This document shows positions 18,701 to 26,615 of a stretch of 64,000 nucleotides of DNA, piece by piece. The position numbers were made by a program, and so were the translations under genes. The notes under the pieces were generated by a model that did not search any database, was not told the DNA's origin, and saw only the letters and a list, made by a program, of their open reading frames with translations. Origin of the DNA: an uncultured Clostridia bacterium. Its GTDB lineage: Bacteria > Bacillota > Clostridia > Christensenellales > UBA1242. The DNA lies in the NCBI GenBank assembly GCA_944350085.1, contig CALVNY010000004.1:2724-66723 (forward strand), in the 5' to 3' direction. The first letter of the stretch is position 1, and each line of letters begins with the position of its first letter.

Positions 18701-20673
18701 GAAACGCTTATAGTATTTATGTTTGAATCATAACTTAGTTCCAATTTAATATCTTTGCCTGCTCCAACAAACGATTTGTTTATTACAACAAAAGCAGTGC
18801 TATTTGAAATGTTAATTTGTTTTATTATGTCGTTTGTAATAGCAGTCAAATCACCATTAAGCAATTTTAAAATTAAGGCATTGCTATCAATTAAATTGCT
18901 TATTTGACTGTTAGTTAAAGAATATTCACTTCCTAAAAATGATGAAACAACTTCTACTAATTCATTAATTTCTGAAATTTGTGCTTGAACTTTTAAGTTG
19001 CTTAGTGTTAAGTATATTGTATTTTCTTTTAATAACACTTCAATGTTTACATTTTGATTTAAAGCAACAACATTTAATTTAGCATAAAGCATTAAATTAT
19101 TTTTATCAGCAAAATTAACATAAACTGCACCTTTTGCTAAAATGTTTGTTTGGTCAATATTTAATGTTAATTGTAAATTAAATTTTACTTCCTTTTTATT
19201 TAAAACATTTTCTGTTGTGTTAATTATTGCATTTGTTAAATCTGGCAAGTTGTTAAAATCTAAATAATCATTAATATCCAAATTTGGAATATTTACAACA
19301 TTAGAATATCCTACACAAATATTTATGTTTTTATTTAATAATTCAATGCCACTAATTTTTACGCTTTCAAAAATGTTGCTATCATTAAATAAAACTTCTA
19401 AACTAATATCATTTTTTGTTCCCAAAATTTCATTGTCAATTACAATTTTTATTGAATTATCTGGTCCAACATTTAATTTGAATAAGTCTGAAATGTTTGT
19501 GGTGTTTAATTTTTCTTCCAAAACTTGAATCAAGTCAAAATCTGAGAATTTTTTAACAATTTCAAGTATAGCATTTTGTTCGGTTTCAGTAAGGTTAAAT
19601 TTGTCTTTTAAAATCTCGATTGTTTCAATTATACAATCTTTTTCAACCGTAAGCTTTATGTTATTAAAATCAACAAAAATATTTGAATTTATATAACCAA
19701 TCTTTAAAGTGTGAATTGTTTCATTTAATTGTAATTTTAAATCTGCAAAAAGTTTTACATCATTTTTAAAATCAGCATCTAGTTTTCCATCAATATAAAC
19801 ATCTAAATTTTCATCATTTATAGAAGATGATAAATTTAAGTGCAATTTTTTGTTAGTTAAAATTTCTTTAATTGTGTCAACTATGTTTAATGCATTTGTA
19901 ACATTTACATATTCTTTTTGTAAATCTTCGTCTGGGTTTTCAATTTCAATGTAATTTTCTTTATTTAATCCAGCGTTAATATTTAAAACATAATTTGAAA
20001 TTGTAATATTTTCTGCTTGTATGTTTTTAATGTTATACTCGCCATCACAAACAATGTCTAAATTAAATAAATCAAACAAGTTAAGTTGCATTTTAATATC
20101 GCCGCTTTCTAGTTTGGTTTCCTCTAAATTTTGGAACATTGCCATAAGTTCTTCAACATTAAAACCTGCAGTGTTAATGTTTAGGTCAACATTAACACCA
20201 AGCATAGGCAAAAGTTCAAAAATTTTGGAAAGACTTGTGGTTTCAAGTTTAATATTTAATGAATCGCTTGAAAGGTAAATAGTGTTATTGAAATATGCAA
20301 CAAAACAATCAATTTCCTTTTCGTTTATCTTAATTTTTAAATCGCCGTTTAATTTAATATTTTCAAGGCTAGCAATATTAATATTTCCATTAAAAGTTAT
20401 TAAAATATTTGGAGTTGCTGTAGAATTTGCACTTTCTAGACTTGTTTGTTTTACCGTATTGTCAAACAACTCAATGTTTAAATTAACGCCTGCTCCACCC
20501 AAACTCATAATATTATTTAACACTTTTTCACCTGAAGTTTCAGGTGCACCAGCAATAGTGGAAGAACCACCCGTGCCACCTTTTGTGGCAAGGTTATCGA
20601 TGGTTACTGTTCCAAATGCAACAGACGCAGTTATTAAAATGTATGTAAATATATATAATAAAATTCTTTTCAT
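15712..20673 (-). CDS. giant secreted surface protein (1653 aa): signal peptide, about five divergent modules, C-terminal Listeria-Bacteroides (Flg_new) repeats
   Basis: N-terminal MKRILLYIFTYILITASVAFG. Module landmarks recur through the N-terminal 1240 aa. The C-terminal part has repeats with GWY...TLYAKW signatures. Confidence 0.85.
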   Translation of the reverse strand: MKRILLYIFTYILITASVAFGTVTIDNLATKGGTGGSSTIAGAPETSGEKVLNNIMSLGGAGVNLNIELFDNTVKQTSLESANSTATPNILITFNGNINIASLENIKLNGDLKIKINEKEIDCFVAYFNNTIYLSSDSLNIKLETTSLSKIFELLPMLGVNVDLNINTAGFNVEELMAMFQNLEETKLESGDIKMQLNLFDLFNLDIVCDGEYNIKNIQAENITISNYVLNINAGLNKENYIEIENPDEDLQKEYVNVTNALNIVDTIKEILTNKKLHLNLSSSINDENLDVYIDGKLDADFKNDVKLFADLKLQLNETIHTLKIGYINSNIFVDFNNIKLTVEKDCIIETIEILKDKFNLTETEQNAILEIVKKFSDFDLIQVLEEKLNTTNISDLFKLNVGPDNSIKIVIDNEILGTKNDISLEVLFNDSNIFESVKISGIELLNKNINICVGYSNVVNIPNLDINDYLDFNNLPDLTNAIINTTENVLNKKEVKFNLQLTLNIDQTNILAKGAVYVNFADKNNLMLYAKLNVVALNQNVNIEVLLKENTIYLTLSNLKVQAQISEINELVEVVSSFLGSEYSLTNSQISNLIDSNALILKLLNGDLTAITNDIIKQINISNSTAFVVINKSFVGAGKDIKLELSYDSNINTISVSEVALNGLSVKFNIDLTKEVIVPTINEEEYESLKYVKDFITSVKNTIENVNTNKNIAFNLNAIITNTTFDLDENDVIVKSTETTINLLNTSFAMFDWKNAYDLVDGKKVFNIEKLKISANLNIQVDIVTANYVNGQVDENSSTKQTTNHNVKILYVNNVVYITYNNMKVKLSGEGIGLTIDSICELLGLEVKADSFENLMGIISGFESDSSILNNISLEMIKSFVLTGSNFKIDLDLTNLGLGVGKVSLDLTYSTEKLEYLTINDLSINNFKVNTLNIGFMDFTQISDLTDEEKNLYMDMTTIGNLVEAFKNTTQFTDFSLNGTVNLKLNVIGINVTFNVPIDAKVKIIDGKIDAKIVLGPVPVIGGVNDDVPYKFGNTIDGVNPGKDRILTIYMKNDMAYLYRTEKVPVFMSSDKTYEKKLKVHIETLASDPLYYLLQYGLGLSQNIMNAIYDSLNIERTEPMDYSNIIKGYTSQDRLHTLTLNLMELTANPQLDTMSVGIKTVDYTKFDSDRNEFVTQSIIGGLTLNMFMPVANDVEITLNSDNLTFYDIGGICDLSSVDEYISSYTYKEGAEWDAYNGDWELSSQRKFTILFVTNCDQQIESVEGIAGSSYILPKPNNYVVDDGVTRKSYEFVGWYTTKTFDVGTEYNENIIPRTDKTLYAKWNVVTDKYITISFVTNGGENIDSIRVLEGSKLDLPIYFDLIEVNDGDDVVTKQFDGWYLDEEFTIIAPDYALNKDTTLYAKWTIVDVKETYLLNVYDNNTLILTKRLFENDKINLVGSKFNETTKYYSDKELTEIFTSMIMPNHELNLYIQNAYTVTIISDYGTIVNSSNSYYQGHNLSLPNQESYYYDDGTQTERIVYTFNGYFVNGTKVEDINNFVVPNENAKIVADWTITVKEYYTVTFSKETTVVSAYKSSIWFPVSTVKVLDGEMLVIDDSYTPIWEYKTLFNIWWHYEFEGWTLKLGEATFTQITITQDTTIYANWDGVVKTGKN
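15724..16941 (-). repeat. coding repeat region: about 5 Flg_new (Listeria-Bacteroides repeat) domains
   Basis: YEFVGWYTTKTF...DKTLYAKWNV, QFDGWYLDEEF...DTTLYAKWTI, YYSDKELTEIF...LNLYIQ, YTFNGYFVNG...AKIVADWTI, YEFEGWTL...DTTIYANWDG. Confidence 0.75.
16954..20511 (-). repeat. coding repeat region: divergent tandem modules of about 200-260 aa
   Basis: Recurring landmark [YL]xxNx[IVA][YF][LVI]xxxN[LIM]K[LV] at about aa 126, 326, 547 and 811, with a weaker one at 1051. Each is followed by a short helix-like I-x-E-[LV]-x-x-x-[LF]-[GN] block. The first four modules end with blocks such as NIFESVKISGIELLNKNINICVGY, NINTISVSEVALNGLSVKFNIDL and KLEYLTINDLSINNFKVNTLNIGF. Confidence 0.6.
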
Positions 20674-20723
20674 ATTCTAAACTAATAAAATAAAATTAAA
20701 TTAATTAAACTAAATTAATTAAA

Positions 20724-21635
20724 CTAAATTATTGTATTTTCACTAATTTGTGGGATTGTAAAATCTCCGTCATAAGTAAATTTGTTTGTTAAAGTTCCTT
20801 TGGATTTTGCTGTAAGCACTCCAATTTTTGCAGAATATTTTTCCTCTGATGTAACTTCAACTAGCCTAAAATTGCTGTCAATAGTAACTGTTAATTTAAT
20901 ATTTTCGCTAAACACAGGGTAACTAGAAAGTCCTCCCGTAGTCTTCATATTTTTAACATATCTAATAACACTTTTTACTTTGTCTAGTTCAAGTGTAAAT
21001 GTGTAATTGCCATTGCTTAGTTTTGAAACATCACTTGCATTAACAACAGTTTTTGAAGACACAATATAAAGCATATATTCATTAATATTGCCTCCCATAG
21101 TTTCAGCATAACTTGCAGGGGTCATATTAGATTTGTCTCCGTTCCAAGTAATAGTGTTACCGTCAACATTTCCTTTAACCTTTGTAATTGTGCCATTTTC
21201 CAAATAAAATCTATCTGCAGCCTTAACAAATTTGCTTACACTAACGCCTTCCGTAAAAACACTATCGCCAATTCTAATAGATTTTGAGTTTATTGATTGA
21301 TTAACACCCATTGCATTAACATTTCCAACGCCCACAACCATAACATTTTTATGGTTAAATGTGTTGTCAAATGCTAAAACACAACTTTTTGTTGCGCCAA
21401 GTTCTTCTGGCGTTTTGCCGTTTGCCTCATTTCTAATTTTTGAAACATCGTCCATAAGCAAAGTTGCGTTCATATTATATAAATTTGGGTCATCTTTATT
21501 TGATATAAGCCACATTCCAATCATAAAGCCACTAAATATACCAACAATTATTACAACAATTAGGTTTATTGTTAAAGCCTTATTGCTTCCTTTGTATCTA
21601 ATACTTTTTTTAGGACTACTTGTTGTTGCTTTCAT
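20724..21635 (-). CDS. type II membrane-anchored extracytoplasmic protein, unknown function
   Basis: Basic N-terminus, one TM helix (LTINLIVVIIVGIFSGFMIGMWLI), then a beta-rich domain of about 250 aa. Overlaps the upstream gene by 20 nt and lies 50 nt upstream of the giant gene. Confidence 0.55.
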   Translation of the reverse strand: MKATTSSPKKSIRYKGSNKALTINLIVVIIVGIFSGFMIGMWLISNKDDPNLYNMNATLLMDDVSKIRNEANGKTPEELGATKSCVLAFDNTFNHKNVMVVGVGNVNAMGVNQSINSKSIRIGDSVFTEGVSVSKFVKAADRFYLENGTITKVKGNVDGNTITWNGDKSNMTPASYAETMGGNINEYMLYIVSSKTVVNASDVSKLSNGNYTFTLELDKVKSVIRYVKNMKTTGGLSSYPVFSENIKLTVTIDSNFRLVEVTSEEKYSAKIGVLTAKSKGTLTNKFTYDGDFTIPQISENTII

Positions 21636-22371
21636 TTTTTACTACAACCATAGGTTTTGATTTTGATTTTGGTTTTAACTTTTTACCAATTTTCCAAAGC
21701 AATCTTAAAGGAAGTGATGTAATACGTGCAATTTGCCTTGCACTTGCTTTTGTGGCTTTAAAAATTTCATAAATTGTGCTATCAAGTAATGTTTGTGGCA
21801 TTTTTGAAATGTTGTGTGGCTGAATTTGAAATGTGTTTATAATGTAGTTTTTAATATCTTCATCGCTAAGTTTTATGCCAGAATCAGTAAACATTTTTCC
21901 ACTGCAAACTTCTTCAAACTCAGATTTGCTTTCAAAAAACCTTAAAGAGTAATTAGAATCTACATAAACATTGTCAAAATAATTGTTTATAGAACTTAAA
22001 TTTTCGTTGTTAATAACTGCTAATTTATGCGTGTTTGAAATAAACTTCCAAACATCGTTCATTGTGTGTGCCGGATAACTTGTGTATCTGCCAGAAAAAA
22101 CTTTTCCTTGCCTGTTATTTGTTCTATTAAATTTTTTAACAAACTTAATAGTGCTTTGCCTTAAAATCAATTCAATTGCCCTATCATCTTCCTTAATTAC
22201 AAGCAAAAAAGAATTATCAAGCAATGTATAGCCTAATAATTTTGTTTCATTTTTTAACAAAATGTTTAAGTAATTAATTTTGTCATCACTAGAAAATGTT
22301 ACTTCGTCAACACTTTTAAGATTAACTAAATAAATTCCTAATTCACTTTTTTCCCTTGCTTTCCTTGCCAT
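21616..22371 (-). CDS. IS200/RAYT-like (Y1-transposase fold, COG1943-like) protein with substituted catalytic residues plus a C-terminal HTH; probable DNA-binding regulator
   Basis: N-terminus MARKAREKSELGIY matches the MARKPREKSETGIYH family start. The positions of the HUH motif (NHxHLL) read NSFLLV. GHLFQDRF reads GKVFSGRY. RYIHxNP reads KFISNTH. The C-terminal ASARQIARITSLPLRLLWKIGKK is HTH-like. ATG 22371 follows GGAGA. The track ORF extends to 22449 through the promoter. Confidence 0.6.
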   Translation of the reverse strand: MARKAREKSELGIYLVNLKSVDEVTFSSDDKINYLNILLKNETKLLGYTLLDNSFLLVIKEDDRAIELILRQSTIKFVKKFNRTNNRQGKVFSGRYTSYPAHTMNDVWKFISNTHKLAVINNENLSSINNYFDNVYVDSNYSLRFFESKSEFEEVCSGKMFTDSGIKLSDEDIKNYIINTFQIQPHNISKMPQTLLDSTIYEIFKATKASARQIARITSLPLRLLWKIGKKLKPKSKSKPMVVVKNESNNK

Positions 22372-22410
22372 AAATTTCTCCAAATAAACAAATGGACTTT
22401 GTGCAGTTAT

Positions 22411-22440
22411 TGTCCCCTTTGCAACATTTAAGCATTGTAA
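22411..22440 (-). repeat. promoter-proximal copy of a 27-30 nt direct repeat (candidate operator)
   Basis: Minus strand TTACAATGCTTAAATGTTGCAAAGGGGACA, starting at the -10 element of the RAYT-like gene promoter. Confidence 0.6.
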
Positions 22441-22468
22441 TTTTACCAAAATACCCCCATATAGTCAA
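22440..22468 (-). promoter_or_regulatory. candidate sigma-70 promoter of the RAYT-like / giant-protein operon
   Basis: Minus strand TTGACT, 17 nt, TAAAAT, located between the two repeat copies. Confidence 0.5.
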
Positions 22469-22476
22469 CATATTTG

Positions 22477-22503
22477 TGTCCCTTTTGCAACATTTTATTG
22501 TAA
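22477..22503 (-). repeat. promoter-distal copy of the direct repeat (candidate operator)
   Basis: Minus strand TTACAATAAAATGTTGCAAAAGGGACA, ending 8 nt upstream of the -35 element. Confidence 0.6.
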
Positions 22504-22529
22504 AAAAATTAAAATTATGCTTAATTTAA

Positions 22530-22558
22530 TTGATAATTTTGGCAATAATATTTAAACT
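22530..22558 (+). promoter_or_regulatory. candidate sigma-70 promoter of the GT2 synthase gene
   Basis: TTGATA, 17 nt, TAAACT, about 30 nt before ATG 22590. Confidence 0.4.
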
Positions 22559-22589
22559 AATAAAAATTAGCAAATAATTGGAGCACATA

Positions 22590-23876
22590 ATGGCAAGCGT
22601 AATTGACACAACACAAAAAATATTTTTAATTATACTAATCGTTGCACTAATCTTATTTATTCCTAAAATGATATTTATAATGATTGGTTTAAAAAAACAA
22701 AAACCTTTTAAAAAGGCAACTAAAAAACACAAATATGCAATCATAATCCCTGCACGCTATGAGTCTAAAGTCATTCGTGGGGTTTTAGATAGCATACAAA
22801 ATCAAACTTATGACAAAAATCTTATAGACACTTATGTTATTGTTCCAGACAACACAGATGAAAGCATAAACATTGTTAAGGAATACAAAAACACTTATGT
22901 TCATATCCTAGACCATAAAGTTTCTACAAAAGGTGCAACAATGGACAGTTTGTTTAAATTAATAATGAACAACTCTCCCGATTACTATGATGCGTATATT
23001 ATTGTTGATGCCGACAACATTTTAGACAAAAATTTTGTTGAACACATGAACGATGCGTTTGATGCAGGTTATGATGTTGTTTTGGGTGGCAGGCAAAACA
23101 AGAATTGGAAAGATGGCTGGGTTTCAAATTGTAGTGCATTAACATTTTCTTTTATAAACGCCATGAACAACAAAGCAAGAACAAAATTTAAAAGCAACAT
23201 ATTAATTTCTGGAAGTGGACTACTTATAAGCAAAAAGATAATACAAGAAAATAATGGTTGGCCATGGCAAACTTTAACCGAAGATTATGAATTTAGCCAA
23301 ATAACATTTTTAAAGGATTATAAAGCATGTTACTATGAACTAGCAAAAACTTTTGATGAACAACCAAATAGTTTAAAACAAAGTACCACACAACTAACCC
23401 GTTGGGTTAAAGGACACAACACCGTTGATTCAATTTATAGAAAAGATATGATTAAAAGTATGAAAAACAAAAGCACTAAACACAAATTTTTTACTTTAGA
23501 TTTTATGTTGTCGCTTTTACCAATGATTATATTAGTAATTGATTTTGCACTATTTGCAATTTTAAACTTAAATTATTTTATTGTTGCACTAATCATTAAG
23601 TCTGCACTTTGGAAAACATGTATACTAAACTTAGTTTTAAGTTTATTTGGTGGCTGGACTTTGTTTATGTTGTATTCAGCATTAGGTTTGTTGTGCGACA
23701 GGGATAATATAAGAATGGATTTAAAAAACACAACAATTACACTACTTATGTCGCCACTTTTCTTTTCTAGATATATTCCAATTTACATTAAATGTTTAAA
23801 CAAAAAAGAAGTAAAATGGGAAAGAATTGACCACTCAACAAAGCAAGAAAATGAAAACGGAAATCCTTTAAATTAA
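22590..23876 (+). CDS. membrane-embedded processive family-2 glycosyltransferase (synthase type)
   Basis: N-terminal TM, IIIPARYESKVIRGVLDSIQNQTY, VDADN, TEDYEFS, and QLTRWVKG (QxxRW motif), followed by four or more C-terminal TM helices. The track start is TTG 22578. ATG 22590 follows TTGGAG. Confidence 0.75.
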   Translation: MASVIDTTQKIFLIILIVALILFIPKMIFIMIGLKKQKPFKKATKKHKYAIIIPARYESKVIRGVLDSIQNQTYDKNLIDTYVIVPDNTDESINIVKEYKNTYVHILDHKVSTKGATMDSLFKLIMNNSPDYYDAYIIVDADNILDKNFVEHMNDAFDAGYDVVLGGRQNKNWKDGWVSNCSALTFSFINAMNNKARTKFKSNILISGSGLLISKKIIQENNGWPWQTLTEDYEFSQITFLKDYKACYYELAKTFDEQPNSLKQSTTQLTRWVKGHNTVDSIYRKDMIKSMKNKSTKHKFFTLDFMLSLLPMIILVIDFALFAILNLNYFIVALIIKSALWKTCILNLVLSLFGGWTLFMLYSALGLLCDRDNIRMDLKNTTITLLMSPLFFSRYIPIYIKCLNKKEVKWERIDHSTKQENENGNPLN

Positions 23877-23904
23877 CTATAAAAAAAATTAATAAGAATT
23901 AAAC

Positions 23905-23941
23905 AAAAAAATAAAACGCAGGTTATAGCGTTTTATTTTTT
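23905..23941. terminator. bidirectional terminator
   Basis: AAAAAATAAAACGC aggttata GCGTTTTATTTTTT. Confidence 0.75.
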
Positions 23942-23975
23942 TAATTGTTTAAATTTTGGTTGTTTTAATCTTACA

Positions 23976-24203
23976 CTAAAATTCATCTAAATCAATTTTA
24001 AATTTTATGTTAGTAAAACCAATATCATTAAAAATATCAAAATATTCTTTAAACCTGTAAACTCTCACAACCATTGGCTTTGAATCATTAAAATACAATA
24101 TCATTGCTGGTTTTATTGCATGATAATCATTTACAACCTCAACCAAAACAAGTTTATTTTCCTTTATTTTGTTTTTAATTTTTGCATGATAATTAAAATA
24201 CAT
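23976..24203 (-). CDS. small hypothetical protein (75 aa)
   Basis: Compact ORF between two terminator/promoter regions. I could not recognise a motif with confidence. Confidence 0.4.
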   Translation of the reverse strand: MYFNYHAKIKNKIKENKLVLVEVVNDYHAIKPAMILYFNDSKPMVVRVYRFKEYFDIFNDIGFTNIKFKIDLDEF

Positions 24204-24324
24204 TTTGTAACTCCCTTACAATTTATATTTTGCAAAAATCAAAAATTTTATATATTTTAAATTTTACTTAACTTAATTTGTTTTTTTAAAATAATTAAAT
24301 TTGTAGTTTTAACTTAATTTTGGT

Positions 24325-24855
24325 TTAATATTTTCTTCTGTACTTTAATTCTGCAACAACTCCAAAAAGTCCTGTTAAAAAAGAACCAATTAATAAAATA
24401 TATGTTCCGTACGCAAATTTAAACGAAAGCAAAGTTTTTTCATTAAAAGTTATTTTATTCATAATAACAAATGTTAAACTGCAAATTAAAGTTAAAATTG
24501 CAACCAAAATCATTGTTACAGAAATTGATTTTAGTATTGCCCTTGTTGGAAGACGACCTTTTTTTGATAATTGCAACAAAAAGAAAATTAAAAACAATCC
24601 ATACAAAACAATAGATATAACAGCACACACACTAGTCATATTTGCAAAAGCAGGTTGAAAATTTCCATTTAATGCTTTAAATCTTGTTGACATACCTACA
24701 AACTCATCAAAAATTTTATATCCATCGTTTGTTAAATTTCCGTTTGCTTCCACCGAATAAAACAAAGGCAAAATTAAAGGAAATATTAAACTTAATCCAA
24801 CAATTAAAGTTAAAAAGCCAAAAATTTTTCTTCTTAATCTCATAACTATCTCCAT
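24325..24855 (-). CDS. 4-TM membrane protein, unknown function
   Basis: Four hydrophobic helices. Its start overlaps the end of the YjjX-like gene by about 10 nt (alternative ATG at 24843). Confidence 0.5.
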   Translation of the reverse strand: MEIVMRLRRKIFGFLTLIVGLSLIFPLILPLFYSVEANGNLTNDGYKIFDEFVGMSTRFKALNGNFQPAFANMTSVCAVISIVLYGLFLIFFLLQLSKKGRLPTRAILKSISVTMILVAILTLICSLTFVIMNKITFNEKTLLSFKFAYGTYILLIGSFLTGLFGVVAELKYRRKY

Positions 24856-25391
24856 TTAGGATTTAAAAACTTGGTTAACGCCATAACACAACTATATTTT
24901 GCAAAGTGTGTTCTATTAACTTTACCATTACTTAACTTAAAAATTCCGCCAAGTGTGTGAGGTTCGTTTTCATTTTCTTTTGTTCTTACAACATTAAAAA
25001 TGTCATCAAACACAGCACTCAATCCTTTGTTTTTAATGTCCTCATATTTGCCACAAGGAATAGGAAACCCCTCACTAAAACTATAAGAATTATTGCCCTT
25101 ACCATCTTCAACATAACATGCATTTATAATTACAGGAGATTCATAAATATCAATTAAGCCACTTTCAACTGCAACATAAAAATCTGCTTCTATCTTATTT
25201 TTTAATGAATAGTCTTTTAAATTTTTAACTCTGTTTTTTGCACCTTGCATTGTTTCTTTGTTAACAGGTTGGCTTGGCACTTCACTATCAACTTCCACTC
25301 CCATAACAACAACATCATCATAGTACATTTCAAAGGCTTCCTTAACCCCTTCAACTTTACTTGCATTTTTGCTTCCAACAAGAATTAACAT
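24846..25391 (-). CDS. inosine/xanthosine triphosphatase (YjjX / NTPase_I-T, DUF84 family)
   Basis: MLILVGSKNASKVEGVKEAF...VDSEVPSQPVNKETMQGAKNRV. GGAAGGAGGA RBS. Confidence 0.7.
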   Translation of the reverse strand: MLILVGSKNASKVEGVKEAFEMYYDDVVVMGVEVDSEVPSQPVNKETMQGAKNRVKNLKDYSLKNKIEADFYVAVESGLIDIYESPVIINACYVEDGKGNNSYSFSEGFPIPCGKYEDIKNKGLSAVFDDIFNVVRTKENENEPHTLGGIFKLSNGKVNRTHFAKYSCVMALTKFLNPKWR

Positions 25392-25490
25392 AAAATATCC
25401 TCCTTCCCCCCGTTATTATTTGATTGTTTTTAAAAGCATTAACATTTATAACAAAAATATTTTTTAAATCAATCAAAACTTTAATAATCA

Positions 25491-26615
25491 TTATTTCCAA
25501 TATGATGGGCACTGCCTATTTTCACTAAACCAAACTGTGTCTTTTAAAACAGTGTTGTTGTTAGAGCAATTAACACTAACTTCTTTTCTGTTTGCCGTAA
25601 CAACAATGTTTCCATTAAAACTTTCAAATCCAACATCTTTATATTTTATTTCGCCATCATCATCAACACCATCTTCTTCAATAAGCCCAAGTGTTGTTAC
25701 ATAAACTTGTGTTGTCCATTTTGAAATTCTATTAATAAAGTCTTGCGTAGGAAATGTGTTAAGCAATGTGCTTACAGGATATTCTACACTTCCAGCAACA
25801 CAAGTTACAACCACAATTTCTGGTTGAATAACATTTAGTAGCACATCATTGCTTGAAGTTTTTGAGCCGTGATGTCCTGCTTTAAATAATTTTACTTTGC
25901 TTAAATTGTTGTATTCCACCAAATATTCTTCGCCTTGTTCTTCTAAGTCACCTGTAAATAAATATTTATTGTCGCCTTGTTCTATTTGAAAACAAACCGA
26001 ATAATTATTTTCATTTGAACTTGAATTTTCATAAAAGTAATTGTACAAAATGTTTAAAGTTACTCCATTGCCAATTTCATAACTCTTTTTTGCCCCTTCA
26101 ATTTCTTGCCAACATTCAAGTGCTGTGTAATGATTTGCACCGTTTTCAATTTCGGCATTTCTTTTTTCAACATATCTATTATAAACTGCTGTTGTTTTAT
26201 CTGTTCTTGGAAAATCAATAATTGTTTTAACATCATAGTACTCAAACAAACTTTTGTTGCTTCCATCTCCTGCAAATGAGGCGATGTGATCTTGGTCGGC
26301 ATGAGTTACAATAACATATTCTAGCACTCCATCATCAACATATTCATTAACATAATTAGATATTGTTTTACTGCTATTTGTCCTAGACCCGCCATCAACT
26401 AAAATGTCCGTTTCGCCACAATTAATGTAAATACAATCGCCGGTGTTGTTGTTTCCTAATTCCAAAAAATGTATTGAAAGTTCCCCACTAACAATTTTGT
26501 CACTTTTTAGATTGTTTTTTTGATAATATGTTAATCCACTAAACCCAACTAAAAAACCTATTACTAAAAACAAAATTGCTAAAAAGAATAATGTTGCTTT
26601 GCTTGGATTTTTCAT
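25491..26615 (-). CDS. membrane-anchored extracytoplasmic metallo-beta-lactamase-fold hydrolase, ComEC C-terminal-domain-like
   Basis: N-terminal TM anchor, GDCIYINCGETDILVDGG, VIVTHADQDHIASF (HxDxDH-type motif), and FKAGHHGSKTSS. Confidence 0.7.
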   Translation of the reverse strand: MKNPSKATLFFLAILFLVIGFLVGFSGLTYYQKNNLKSDKIVSGELSIHFLELGNNNTGDCIYINCGETDILVDGGSRTNSSKTISNYVNEYVDDGVLEYVIVTHADQDHIASFAGDGSNKSLFEYYDVKTIIDFPRTDKTTAVYNRYVEKRNAEIENGANHYTALECWQEIEGAKKSYEIGNGVTLNILYNYFYENSSSNENNYSVCFQIEQGDNKYLFTGDLEEQGEEYLVEYNNLSKVKLFKAGHHGSKTSSNDVLLNVIQPEIVVVTCVAGSVEYPVSTLLNTFPTQDFINRISKWTTQVYVTTLGLIEEDGVDDDGEIKYKDVGFESFNGNIVVTANRKEVSVNCSNNNTVLKDTVWFSENRQCPSYWK

